Shown: positions 48,101 through 62,928, numbered from the stretch's first letter. The stretch: 64,000 nucleotides of DNA from Balanoglossus misakiensis (GCA_040954595.2 CM082587.2:6871705-6935704), one strand, 5' to 3'. Notes: generated from the letters alone by a model not told the origin. A program made the numbers and translations.

Positions 48101-48610
48101 TATATAGACATAAATAAAATCCCCGGTGCGGGTGGGTCCCATCCCTCAGACCGTCAGTTAATACTTAATACAAGTTTTTTAAGATATGTAATCTTTCGTC
48201 ATTATTCAATAAAAAAATAAAAACATACACGCACTCATAATACTTGGAGTAGTTTATTTCCGTACCGATCATCTTCCCGTCGCGTCGCTGATATAGACAT
48301 AAATAAAATCCCCGGGGCGGGTGGGTCCCATACCTCAGACCGTCAGTTAATACTAGTCTTAATACAAGTTTTTTAAGATATGTAATCTTTCGTCATTATT
48401 CAATAAAAAAATAAAAACATACACGCACTCATAATACTGGGAGTGGTTTATTTCCGTACCGATCATCTTCGCGCGTGCGTATATAGTTACTGCAATATTT
48501 TTGAGATATGTTATCTTTCGTCATTATTCAATAAAAAAAATATTAAAAACATACACTCACTCATAATACTGGGAGTGGTTTATTTCCGTACCGATCATCT
48601 TAGGGCGTGC
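48101..48610 (+). repeat. Local tandem repeats (~190-bp and ~130-bp units)
   Basis: ATATAGACATAAATAAAATCCCCGG...CAGACCGTCAGTTAATACT twice; TCGTCATTATTCAATAAAAAA...TTTATTTCCGTACCGATCATCTT three times. Confidence 0.8.
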
Positions 48611-49897
48611 GTATGTCTGTTAGCCTGTTTTTGAGATTTGTAATCTTGTCTTTTTTCCCATATCGAATAAAACTTTATTAAAATTATCCAGGTGTAACCA
48701 GGCAGTGATTTGTTTGGCACCCGTCATCCTCGCGAGTGTATAGGTCTCTGTTAGCCAGTGTCTGTTATTTTAGTAAAATAAGTTGTGTACGTACTCTTTC
48801 CAGATTTTTATGAGATTTGTTATCTGATTTTCAATTACTGCAATGTAATCTTACTGAAATTGTTCTCTAGGTTTTTTGTGATTGTACCTTTTGTATTTTT
48901 GTTGTTTGTTGATTTATCTCAATTTTCGCTTGTTGATTGTAATTCAATTTTAAAGTTGTTGATCACCTATTTCCCAGTCTGTGATAATTAACCCTTCATT
49001 GAGAGTGAAATCCAGTGTTTGGACATTTAATCATATGATGGCAGTTATCTTATGTCAGTTCATTTCGCGCATAAATTGTCCGCCATTTTGCATCCTTCAC
49101 GTTTTTGAAAGTCAGAATTTTACTGTATTTCAAACTTTGTTTGACCGAATTAAACTCTCGATGTACAATGTTAATTGATTTAAGAAAATTACCTGTTACT
49201 TGTCAACATGTATTGCTTTGTTGTATTTCATTCGAGTATATCAAAATAAGATTTTTGTTGTATGTCAAGTCCACAGAAAGTATTGTATATCTTTTGTTTG
49301 TGGTCTTCAAACTTGAAATCTGTGTTTATTTGAATTCTTGTATTTTCAATAAAACTAGAATGAAACGAAAGATTTAACTTGTCTCTGTATCATTTTATTC
49401 AACCAATGCTAAGATTATTATTGAAAGTTGTTTGAAAGTCGGTCCTTGATTTGAAAACAAATTAAATCAGTTCTCACTGACCCTAAAAAAGTATCCTGCT
49501 TGCATCAATTATAAATTATTCTGACTGGAGCCTATAACCCGACTTTGACTGGTTTGAAAGGTGCTTCTTATGTGAGTGTGTGTCTGTGTGCAAGTTGTAT
49601 ATTCCGGCCATGCAACTGTGACTACATGAGGTAAGTGCTTGTATGTTTCATGGCCGAGTGAAGACCCGTAGATGCTGTGGGGATTTCAAGCAGTATTTAA
49701 CCAACGACACAATCTCCACTGGTAATGTTTTTTTTCCTTTATCCAGGTCAACAGAACGTTGTGTCTATCCTCTGCATTAAAACTTCAAATTTGTGTTCTT
49801 TTAAAAAAATTATTCAATAAAGATTAAATAAACAAATGACTGATCTGGTACTCGTATCGTTTTATTCAACCAATGCCAAGATAATTATAGAAACATG

Positions 49898-50221
49898 AGC
49901 TATATAACCCATGATTTTTATCAGAAAATGAAGAAATTTTGATGTTTCGGTAAGTCGGAAAATGGTCATTTTCTGATGATTTTCATTGGCTATAACCCAT
50001 GATTTTTATCAAAAAATGAAGAAATTTTGATGTTTCGGAAAGTCGAAAAATGGACATTTTTTCATGATTTTCATGGGCTATAACCCATGATTTTTATCAA
50101 AAAATGGAGAAATTTTGATGTTTCGGAAAGTCGAAAAATGGTCAATTTTTCATGATTTTCATGGGCTATAACCCATGATTTTTATCAAAAAATGAAGAAA
50201 TTTTGATGTTTCGGAAAGTCT
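49898..50221 (-). repeat. Divergent 88-bp satellite subfamily, about 3.7 copies, reverse orientation
   Basis: GCTATAACCCATGATTTTTATCAAAAAATGAAGAAATTTTGATGTTTCGGAAAGTCGAAAAATGG with period 88 (49989, 50077). Confidence 0.88.
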
Positions 50222-53200
50222 AAAAATGGTCATTTTTTCACAAAAACCATGGGTTATAGCCCATGAAAATCATCCAGAAATGACAAATTTTCGACTTTCC
50301 CACAAATCAAAAAATGGTCATTTTTTCACAAAAACCATGGGTTATAGCCCATGAAAATCATCCAGAAATGACAAATTTTCGACTTTCCCGCAAATCAAAA
50401 AATGGTCATTTTTTCACAAAAACCATGGGTTATAGCCCATGAAAATCATCCAGAAATGACAAATTTTCGACTTTCCCGCAAATCAAAAAATGGTCATTTT
50501 TTCACAAAAACCATGGGTTATAGCCCATGAAAATCATCCAGAAATGACAAATTTTCGACTTTCCCGCAAATCAAAAAATGGTCATTTTTTCACAAAAACC
50601 ATGGGTTATAGCCCATGAAAATCATCCAGAAATGACAAATTTTCGACTTTCCGGCAAATCAAAAAATGGTCATTTTTTCACAAAAACCATGGGTTATAGC
50701 CCATGAAAATCATCCAGAAATGACAAATTTTCGACTTTCCCGCAAATCAAAAAATGGTCATTTTTTCACAAAAACCATGGGTTATAGCCCATGAAAATCA
50801 TCCAGAAATGACAAATTTTCGACTTTCCGGCAAATCAAAAAATGGTCATTTTTTCACAAAAACCATGGGTTATAGCCCATGAAAATCATCCAGAAATGAC
50901 AAATTTTCGACTTTCCGGCAAATCAATAAATGGTCATTTTTTCACAAAAACCATGGGTTATAGCCCATGAAAATCATCCAGAAATGACAAATTTTCGACT
51001 TTCCCGCAAATCAAAAAATGGTCATTTTTTCACAAAAACCATGGGTTATAGCCCATGAAAATCATCCAGAAATGACAAATTTTCGACTTTCCCGCAAATC
51101 AAAAAATGGTCATTTTTTCACAAAAACCATGGGTTATAGCCCATGAAAATCATCCAGAAATGACAAATTTTCGACTTTCCCGCAAATCAAAAAATGGTCA
51201 TTTTTTCACAAAAACCATGGGTTATAGCCCATGAAAATCATCCAGAAATGACAAATTTTCGACTTTCCCGCAAATCAAAAAATGGTCATTTTTTCACAAA
51301 AACCATGGGTTATAGCCCATGAAAATCATCCAGAAATGACAAATTTTCGACTTTCCCGCAAATCAAAAAATGGTCATTTTTTCACAAAAACCATGGGTTA
51401 TAGCCCATGAAAATCATCCAGAAATGACAAATTTTCGACTTTCCCGCAAATCAATAAATGGTCATTTTTTCACAAAAACCATGGGTTATAGCCCATGAAA
51501 ATCATCCAGAAATGACAAATTTTCGACTTTCCCGCAAATCAAAAAATGGTCATTTTTTCACAAAAACCATGGGTTATAGCCCATGAAAATCATCCAGAAA
51601 AGACAAATTTTCGACTTTCCGGCAAATCAATAAATGGTAATTTTTTCACAAAAACCATGGGTTATAGCCCATGAAAATCATCCAGAAATGACAAATTTTC
51701 GACTTTCCCGCAAATCAAAAAATGGTCATTTTTTCACAAAAACCATGGGTTATAGCCCATGAAAATCATCCAGAAATGACAAATTTTCGACTTTCCCGCA
51801 AATAAAAAAATGGTCATTTTTTCACAAAAACCATGGGTTATAGCCCATGAAAATCATCCAGAAATGACAAATTTTCGACTTTCCCGCAAATCAAAAAATG
51901 GTCATTTTTTCACAAAAACCATGGGTTATAGCCCATGAAAATCATCCAGAAATGACAAATTTTCGACTTTCCCGCAAATCAAAAAATGGTCATTTTTTCA
52001 CAAAAACCATGGGTTATAGCCCATGAAAATCATCCAGAAATGACAAATTTTCGACTTTCCCGCAAATCAAAAAATGGTCATTTTTTCACAAAAACCATGG
52101 GTTATAGCCCATGAAAATCATCCAGAAATGACAAATTTTCGACTTTCCCGCAAATCAATAAATGGTCATTTTTTCACAAAAACCATGGTTTATAGCCCAT
52201 GAAAATCATCCAGAAATGACAAATTTTCTACTTTCCCGCAAATCAAAAAATGGTCATTTTTTCACAAAAACCATGGGTTATAGCCCATGAAAATCATCCA
52301 GAAATGACAAATTTTCGACTTTCCGGCAAATCAAAAAATGGTCATTTTTTCACAAAAACCATGGGTTATAGCCCATGAAAATCATCCAGAAATGACAAAT
52401 TTTCGACTTTCCCGCAAATCAAAAAATGGTCATTTTTTCACAAAAACCATGGGTTATAGCCCATGAAAATCATCCAGAAATGACAAATTTTCGACTTTCC
52501 CGCAAATCAAAAAATGGTCATTTTTTCACAAAAACCATGGGTTATAGCCCATGAAAATCATCCAGAAATGACAAATTTTCGACTTTCCGGCAAATCAAAA
52601 AATGGTCATTTTTTCACAAAAACCATGGGTTATAGCCCATGAAAATCATCCAGAAATGACAAATTTTCGACTTTCCGGCAAATCAAAAAATGGTCATTTT
52701 TTCACAAAAACCATGGGTTATAGCCCATGAAAATCATCCAGAAATGACAAATTTTCGACTTTCCCACAAATCAAAAAATGGTCATTTTTTCACAAAAACC
52801 ATGGGTTATAGCCCATGAAAATCATCCAGAAATGACAAATTTTCGACTTTCCCGCAAATCAAAAAATGGTCATTTTTTCACAAAAACCATGGGTTATAGC
52901 CCATGAAAATCATCCAGAAATGACAAATTTTCGACTTTCCCGCAAATCAAAAAATGGTCATTTTTTCACAAAAACCATGGGTTATAGCCCATGAAAATCA
53001 TCCAGAAATGACAAATTTTCGACTTTCCGGCAAATCAAAAAATGGTCATTTTTTCACAAAAACCATGGGTTATAGCCCATGAAAATCATCCAGAAATGAC
53101 AAATTTTCGACTTTCCCGCAAATCAAAAAATGGTCATTTTTTCACAAAAACCATGGGTTATAGCCCATGAAAATCATCCAGAAATGACAAATTTTCGACT

Positions 53201-56200
53201 TTCCGGCAAATCAAAAAATGGTCATTTTTTCACTAAAACCATGGGTTATAGCCCATGAAAATCACCCAGAAATCCCGCAAATCAAAAAATGGTCATTTTT
53301 TCACAAAAACTATGGGTTATAGCCCATGAAAATCATCCAGAAATGACAAATTTTCGACTTTCCGGCAAATCAAAAAATGGTCATTTTTTCACAAAAACCA
53401 TGGGTTATAGCCCATGAAAATCACCCACAAATGACAAATTTTCGACTTTCGGCAAATCAAAAAATGGCCATTTTTTCACAAAAACCATGGGTTATAGCCC
53501 ATGAAAATCATCCAGAAATGACAAATTTTCGACTTTCCGGCAAATCAAAAAATGGTCATTTTTTCACAAAAACCATGGGTTATAGCCCATGAAAATCATC
53601 CAGAAATGACAAATTTTCGACTTTCCCGCAAATCAAAAAATGGTCATTTTTTCACAAAAACCATGGGTTATAGCCCATGAAAATCACCCAGAAATGACAA
53701 ATTTTCGACTTTCCCGCAAATCAAAAAATTGTCATTTTTTCACAAAAACCATGGGTTATAGCCCATGAAAATCACCCAGAAATGACAAATTTTCGACTTT
53801 CCCGCAAATCAAAAAATTGTCATTTTTTCACAAAAACCATGGAAATCATCCAGAAATGACAAATTTTCGACTTTCCCGCAAATCAAAAAATGGTCATTTT
53901 TTCACAAAAACCATGGAAATCATCCAGAAATGACAAATTTTCGACTTTCCCGCAAATCAAAAAATGGTCATTTTTTCACAAAAACCATGGGTTATAGCCC
54001 ATGAAAATCATCCAGAAATGACAAATTTTCGACTTTCCCGCAAATCAAAAAATGGTCATTTTTTCACAAAAACCATGGGTTATAGCCCATGAAAATCATC
54101 CAGAAATGACACATTTTCGATTTTCCCGCAAATCAAAAAATGGTCATTTTTTCACAAAAACCATGGGTTATAGCCCATGAAAATCATCCAGAAATGACAA
54201 ATTTTCGACTTTCCCGCAAATCAAAAAATGGTCATTTTTTCACAAAAACCATGGGTTATAGCCCATGAAAATCATCCAGAAATGACAAATTTTCGACTTT
54301 CCCGCAAATCAAAAAATGGTCATTTTTTCACAAAAACCATGGGTTATAGCCCATGAAAATCATCCAGAAATGACAAATTTTCGACTTTCCCGCAAATCAA
54401 AAAATGGTCATTTTTTCACAAAAACCATGGGTTATAGCCCATGAAAATCATCCAGAAATGACAAATTTTCGACTTTCCCGCAAATCAAAAAATGGTCATT
54501 TTTTCACAAAAACCATGGGTTATAGCCCATGAAAATCATCCAGAAATGACAAATTTTCGATTTCCCGCAAATCAAAAAATGGTCATTTTTTCACAAAAAC
54601 CATGGGTTATAGCCCATGAAAATCATCCAGAAATGACAAATTTTCGACTTTCCGGCAAATCAAAAAATGGTCATTTTTTCACAAAAACCATGGGTTATAG
54701 CCCATGAAAATCATCCAGAAATGACAAATTTTCGACTTTCCCGCAAATCAAAAAATGGTCATTTTTTCACAAAAACCATGGGTTATAGCCCATGAAAATC
54801 ATCCAGAAATGACAAATTTTCGACTTTCCGGCAAATCAAAAAATGGTCATTTTTTCACAAAAACCATGGGTTATAGCCCATGAAAATCATCCAGAAATGA
54901 CAAATTTTCGACTTTCCCGCAAATCAAAAAATGGTCATTTTTTCACAAAAACCATGGGTTATAGCCCATGAAAATCATCCAGAAATGACAAATTTTCGAC
55001 TTTCCCGCAAATCAAAAAATGGTCATTTTTTCACAAAAACCATGGGTTATAGCCCATGAAAATCATCCAGAAATGACAAATTTTCGACTTTCCCGCAAAT
55101 CAAAAAATGGTCATTTTTTCACAAAAACCATGGGTTATAGCCCATGAAAATCATCCAGAAATGACAAATTTTCGACTTTCCCGCAAATCAAAAAATGTTC
55201 ATTTTTTCACAAAAACCATGGGTTATAGCCCATGAAAATCATCCAGAAATGACAAATTTTCGACTTTCCCGCAAATCAAAAAATGGTCATTTTTTCACAA
55301 AAACCATGGGTTATAGCCCATGAAAATCATCCAGAAATGACAAATTTTCGACTTTCCCGCAAATCAAAAAATGGTCATTTTTTCACAAAAACCATGGGTT
55401 ATAGCCCATGAAAATCATCCAGAAATGACAAATTTTCGACTTTCCGGCAAATCAAAAAATGGTCATTTTTTCACAAAAACCATGGGTTATAGCCTATGAA
55501 AATCATCAGGAAATGACAAATTTTCGACTTTCCCGCAAATCAAAAAATGGTCATTTTTTCACAAAAACCATGGGTTATAGCCCATGAAAATCACCCACAA
55601 ATGACAAATTTTCGACTTTCCCGCAAATCAAAAAATGGTCATTTTTTCACAAAAACCATGGGTTATAGCCCATGAAAATCACCCAGAAATGACAAATTTT
55701 CGACTTTCCCGCAAATCAAAAAATGGTCATTTTTTCACAAAAACCATGGGTTATAGCCCATGAAAATCATCCAGAAATGACAAATTTTCGACTTTCCCGC
55801 AAATCAAAAAATGGTCATTTTTTCACAAAAACCATGGGTTATAGCCCATGAAAATCATCCAGAAAAGACAAATTTTCGACTTTCCCGCAAATCAAAAAAT
55901 GGTCATTTTTTCACAAAAACCATGGGTTATAGCCCATGAAAATCACCCAGAAATGACAAAGTTTCGACTTTCCGGCAAATCAAAAAATGGTCATTTTTTC
56001 ACAAAAACCATGGGTTATAGCCCATGAAAATCACCCAGAAATGACAAATTTTCGACTTTCCCGCAAATCAAAAAATGGTCATTTTTTCACAAAAACCATG
56101 GGTTATAGCCCATGAAAATCACCCAGAAATGACAAATTTTCGACTTTCCCGCAAATCAAAAAATGGTCATTTTTTCACAAAAACCATGGGTTATAGCCCA

Positions 56201-59200
56201 TGAAAATCACCCAGAAATGACAAATTTTCGACTTTCCCGCAAATCAAAAAATGGTCATTTTTTCACAAAAACCATGGGTTATAGCCCATGAAAATCATCC
56301 AGAAATGACAAATTTTCGACTTTCCCGCAAATCAAAAAATGGTCATTTTTTCACAAAAACCATGGGTTATAGCCCATGAAAATAATCCAGAAATGACAAA
56401 TTTTCGACTTTCCGGCAAATCAAAAAATGGTCATTTTTTCACAAAAACCATGGGTTATAGCCCATGAAAATCATCCAGAAATGACAAATTTTCGACTTTC
56501 CCGCAAATCAAAAAATGGTCATTTTTTCACAAAAACCATGGGTTATAGCCCATGAAAATCACCCAGAAATGACAAATTTTCGACTTTCCCGCAAATCAAA
56601 AAATGGTCATTTTTTCACAAAAACCATGGGTTATAGCCCATGAAAATCACCCAGAAATGACAAATTTTCGACTTTCCCGCAAATCAAAAAATGGTCATTT
56701 TTTCACAAAAACCATGGGTTATAGCCCATGAAAATCACCCAGAAATGACAAATTTTCGACTTTCCCGCAAATCAAAAAATGGTCATTTTTTCACAAAAAC
56801 CATGGGTTATAGCCCATGAAAATCACCCAGAAATGACAAATTTTCGACTTTCCCGCAAATCAAAAAATGGTCATTTTTTCACAAAAACCATGGGTTATAG
56901 CCCATGAAAATCATCCAGAAATGACAAATTTTCGACTTTCCCGCAAATCAAAAAATGGTCATTTTTTCACAAAAACCATGGGTTATAGCCCATGAAAATA
57001 ATCCAGAAATGACAAATTTTCGACTTTCCGGCAAATCAAAAAATGGTCATTTTTTCACAAAAACCATGGGTTATAGCCCATGAAAATCATCCAGAAATGA
57101 CAAATTTTCGACTTTCCCGCAAATCAAAAAATGGTCATTTTTTCACAAAAACCATGGGTTATAGCCCATGAAAATCACCCAGAAATGACAAATTTTCGAC
57201 TTTCCCGCAAATCAAAAAATGGTCATTTTTTCACAAAAACCATGGGTTATAGCCCATGAAAATCACCCAGAAATGACAAATTTTCGACTTTCCCGCAAAT
57301 CAAAAAATGGTCATTTTTTCACAAAAACCATGGGTTATAGCCCATGAAAATCATCCAGAAATGACAAATTTTCGACTTTCCCGCAAATCAAAAAATGGTC
57401 ATTTTTTCACAAAAACCATGGGTTATAGCCCATGAAAATAATCCAGAAATGACAAATTTTCGACTTTCCGGCAAATCAAAAAATGGTCATTTTTTCACAA
57501 AAACCATGGGTTATAGCCCATGAAAATCATCCAGAAATGACAAATTTTCGACTTTCCGGCAAATCAAAAAATGGTCATTTTTTCACAAAAACCATGGGTT
57601 ATAGCCCATGAAAATCATCCAGAAATGACAAATTTTCGACTTTCCCGCAAATCAAAAAATGGTCATTTTTTCACAAAAACCATGGGTTATAGCCCATGAA
57701 AATCATCCAGAAATGACAAATTTTCGACTTTCCCGCAAATCAAAAAATGGTCATTTTTTCACAAAAACCATGGGTTATAGCCCATGAAAATCATCCAGAA
57801 ATGACAAACTTTCGACTTTCCCGCAAATCAAAAAATGGTCATTTTTTCACAAAAACCATGGGTTATAGCCCATGAAAATCATCCAGAAATGACAAATTTT
57901 CGACTTTCCCGCAAATCAAAAAATGGTCATTTTTTCACAAAAACCATGGGTTATAGCCCATGAAAATCATCCAGAAATGACAAATTTTCGACTTTCCCGC
58001 AAATCAAAAAATGGTCATTTTTTCAGAAAAACCATGGGTTATAGCCCATGAAAATCATCCAGAAATGACAAATTTTCGACTTTCCCGCAAATCAAAAAAT
58101 GGTCATTTTTTCACAAAAACCATGGGTTATAGCCCATGAAAATCATCCAGAAATGACAAATTTTCGACTTTCCCGCAAATTAAAAAATGGTCATTTTTTC
58201 ACAAAAACCATGGGTTATAGCCCATGAAAATCATCCAGAAATGACAAATTTTCGACTTTCCGGCAAATCAAAAAATGGTCATTTTTTCACAAAAACCATG
58301 GGTTATAGCCCATGAAAATCATCCAGAAATGACAAATTTTCGACTTTCCGGCAAATCAAAAAATGGTCATTTTTTCACAAAAACCATGGGTTATAGCCCA
58401 TGAAAATCATCCAGAAATGACAAATTTTCGACTTTCCCGCAAATCAAAAAATGGTCATTTTTTCACAAAAACCATGGGTTATAGCCCATGAAAATCATCC
58501 AGAAATGACAAATTTTCGACTTTCCCGCAAATCAAAAAATGGTCATTTTTTCACAAAAACCATGGGTTATAGCCCATGAAAATCATCCAGAAATGACAAA
58601 TTTTCGACTTTCCCGCAAATCAAAAAATGGTCATTTTTTCACAAAAACCATGGGTTATAGCCCATGAAAATCATCCAGAAATGACAAATTTTCGACTTTC
58701 CCGCAAATCAAAAAATGGTCATTTTTTCACAAAAACCATGGGTTATAGCCCATGAAAATCACACAGAAATGACAAATTTTCGACTTTCCCGCAAATCAAA
58801 AAATGGTCATTTTTTCACAAAAACCATGGGTTATAGCCCATGAAAATCACCCAGAAATGACAAATTTTCGACTTTCCCGCAAATCAAAAAATGGTCATTT
58901 TTTCACAAAAACCATGGGTTATAGCCCATGAAAATCACCCAGAAATGACAAATTTTCGACTTTCCCGCAAATCAAAAAATGGTCATTTTTTCACAAAAAC
59001 CATGGGTTATAGCCCATGAAAATCATCCAGAAATGACAAATTTTCGACTTTCCCGCAAATCAAAAAATGGTCATTTTTTCACAAAAACCATGGGTTATAG
59101 CCCATGAAAATCATCCAGAAATGACAAATTTTCGACTTTCCGGCAAATCAAAAAATGGTCATTTTTTCACAAAAACCATGGGTTATAGCCCATGAAAATC

Positions 59201-62200
59201 ATCCAGAAATGACAAATTTTCGACTTTCCCGGCAAATCAAAAAATGGTCATTTTTTCACAAAAACCATGGGTTATAGCCCATGAAAATCACCCAGAAATG
59301 ACAAATTTTCGACTTTCCCGCAAATCAAAAAATGGTCATTTTTTCACAAAAACCATGGGTTATAGCCCATGAAAATCATCCAGAAATGACAAATTTTCGA
59401 CTTTCCCGCAAATCAAAAAATGGTCATTTTTTCACAAAAACCATGGGTTATAGCCCATGAAAATCACCCAGAAATGACAAATTTTCGACTTTCCCGCAAA
59501 TCAAAAAATGGTCATTTTTTCACAAAAACCATGGGTTATAGCCCATGAAAATCACCCTGAAATGACAAATTTTCGACTTTCCCGCAAATCAAAAAATGGT
59601 CATTTTTTCACAAAAACCATGGGTTATAGCCCATGAAAATCATCCAGAAATGACAAATTTTCGACTTTCCCGCAAATCAAAAAATGGTCATTTTTTCACA
59701 AAAACCATGGGTTATAGCCCATGAAAATCACCCAGAAATGACAAATTTTCGACTTTCCGGCAAATCAAAAAATGGTCATTTTTTCACAAAAACCATGGGT
59801 TATAGCCCATGAAAATCATCCAGAAATGACAAATTTTCGACTTTCCCGCAAATCAAAAAATGGTCATTTTTTCACAAAAACCATGGGTTATAGCCCATGA
59901 AAATCATCCCAGAAATGACAAATTTTCGACTTTCCCGGCAAATCAAAAAATGGTCATTTTTTCACAAAAACCATGGGTTATAGCCCATGGAAAATCACCC
60001 AGAAATGACAAATTTTCGACTTTCCCGCAAATCAAAAAATGGTCATTTTTTCACAAAAACCATGGGTTATAGCCCATGAAAATCACCCAGAAATGACAAA
60101 TTTTCGACTTTCCGGCAAATCAAAAAATGGTCATTTTTTCACAAAACCATGGGTTATAGCCCATGAAAATCATCCAGAAATGACAAATTTTCGACTTTCC
60201 GGCAAATCAAAAAATGGTCATTTTTTCACAAAAACCATGGGTTATAGCCCATGAAAATCATCCAGAAATGACAAATTTTCGACTTTCCCGGCAAATCAAA
60301 AAATGGTCATTTTTTCACAAAAACCATGGGTTATAGCCCATGAAAATCATCCAGAAATGACAAATTTTCGACTTTCCCGGCAAATCAAAAAATGGTCATT
60401 TTTTCACAAAAACCATGGGTTATAGCCCATGAAAATCATCCAGAAATGACAAATTTTCGACTTTCCGGCAAATCAAAAAATGGTCATTTTTTCACAAAAA
60501 CCATGGGTTATAGCCCATGAAAATCATCCAGAAATGACAAATTTTCGACTTTCCCGCAAATCAAAAAATGGTCATTTTTCACAAAAACCATGGGTTATAG
60601 CCCATGAAAATCATCCAGAAATGACAAATTTTCGACTTTCCCGCAAATCAAAAAATGGTCATTTTTTCACAAAAACCATGGGTTATAGCCCATGAAAATC
60701 ATCCAGAAATGACAAATTTTCGACTTTCCGCAAATCAAAAAATGGTCATTTTTTCACAAAAACCATGGGTTATAGCCCATGAAAATCACACAGAAATGAC
60801 AAATTTTCGACTTTCCCGCAAATCAAAAAATGGTCATTTTTCACAAAAACCATGGGTTATAGCCCATGAAAATCACCCAGAAATGACAAATTTTCGACTT
60901 TCCCGCCAAATCAAAAAATGGTCATTTTTCACAAAAACCATGGGTTGTAGCCCATGAAAATCACCCAGAAATGACAAATTTTAGACTTTCCCGCAAATCA
61001 AAAAATGTTCATTTTTTTCACAAAAACCATGGGTTATAGCCCATGAAAATCATCCAGAAATGACAAATTTTCGACTTTCCCGCAAATCAAAAAATGGTCA
61101 TTTTTTCACAAAAACCATGGGTTATAGCCCATGAAAATCATCCAGAAATGACAAATTTTCGACTTTCCGGCAAATCAAAAAATTGTCATTTTTTCACAAA
61201 AACCATGGGTTATAGCCCATGAAAATCACCCAGAAATGACAAATTTTCGACTTTCCGCAAATCAAAAAATGGTCATTTTTCACAAAAACCATGGGTTATA
61301 GCCCATGAAAATCACCAAGAAATGACAAATTTTCGACTTTCCCGCAAATCAAAAAATGGTCATTTTTTCACAAAAACCATGGGTTATAGCCCATGAAAAT
61401 CATCCAGAAATGACAAATTTTCGACTTTCCCGCAAATCAAAAAATGGTCATTTTTTTCACAAAAACCATGGGTTATAGCCCATGAAAATCACCCAGAAAT
61501 GACAAATTTTCGACTTTCCCGCAATCAAAAAATGGTCATTTTTTCACAAAAACCATGGGTTATAGCCCATGAAAATCACCCTGAAATGACAATTTTCGAC
61601 TTTCCCGCAAATCAAAAAATGGTCATTTTTTCACAAAAACCATGGGTTATAGCCCATGAAAATCATCCAGAAATGACAAATTTTCGACTTTCCCGCAAAT
61701 CAAAAAATGGTCATTTTTTCACAAAAACCATGGGTTATAGCCATGAAAATAATCCAGAAATGACAAATTTTCGACTTTCCGCCGCAAATCAAAAAATGGT
61801 CATTTTTTCACAAAAACCATGGGTTATAGCCCATGAAAATCACCCAGAAATGACAAATTTTCGACTTTCCCGCAAATCAAAAAATGGCCATTTTTTCACA
61901 AAAACCATGGGTTATAGCCCATGAAAATCATCCAGAAATGACAAATTTTCGACTTTCCCGCAAATCAAAAAATGGTCATTTTTTCACAAAAACCATGGGT
62001 TATAGCCCATGAAAATCATCCAGAAATGACAAATTTTCGACTTTCCCGCAAATCAAAAAATGGTCATTTTTTCACAAAAACCATGGGTTATAGCCCATGA
62101 AAATCACCCAGAAATGACAAATTTTCCACTTTCCGGCAAATCAAAAAATGGTCATTTTTTCACAAAAACCATGGGTTATAGCCCATGAAAATCACCCAGA

Positions 62201-62928
62201 AATGACAAATTTTCGACTTTCCCGCAAATCAAAAAATGGTCATTTTTTCACAAAAACCATGGGTTATAGCCCATGAAAATCACCCAGAAATGACAAATTT
62301 TCGACTTTCCCGCAAATCAAAAAATGGTCATTTTTTCACAAAAACCATGGGTTATAATTTGTCATTTCTGGATGATTTTCATGGGCTATAACCCATGGTT
62401 TTTGTGAAAAAATGACCAAATCACCCAGAAATGACAAATTTTCGACTTTCCCGCAAATCAAAAAATGGTCATTTTTTCACAAAATCAAAAAATGGTCATT
62501 TTTTCACAAAAACCATGGGTTATAGCCCATGAAAATCACCCAGAAATGACAAATTTTCGACTTTACCGCAAATCAAAAAATGGTCATTTTTTCACAAAAA
62601 CCATGGGTTATAGCCCATGAAAATCATCCAGAAATGACAAATTTTCGACTTTCCGGCAAATCAAAAAATTGTCATTTTTTCACAAAAACCATGGGTTATA
62701 GCCCATGAAAATCATCCAGAAATGACAAATTTTCGACTTTCCCGCAAATCAAAAAATGGTCATTTTTTCACAAAAACCATGGGTTATAGCCCATGAAAAT
62801 CACCGAGAAATGACAAATTTTCGACTTTCCCGCAAATCAAAAAATGGTCATTTTTTCACAAAAACCATGGGTTATAGCCCATGAAAATCATCCAGAAATG
62901 ACAAATTTTCGACTTTCCCGCAAATCAA
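50222..62928 (+). repeat. 88-bp tandem satellite array, about 144 copies
   Basis: Monomer AAAAATGGTCATTTTTTCACAAAAACCATGGGTTATAGCCCATGAAAATCATCCAGAAATGACAAATTTTCGACTTTCCCGCAAATCA; identical line phase at 50341 and 51661 (15 x 88). Confidence 0.98.

Noticed and set aside
59200-62000. Excess single-base indels in monomers
   Set aside because: Mostly in homopolymers; more likely consensus error in a repeat than biology.
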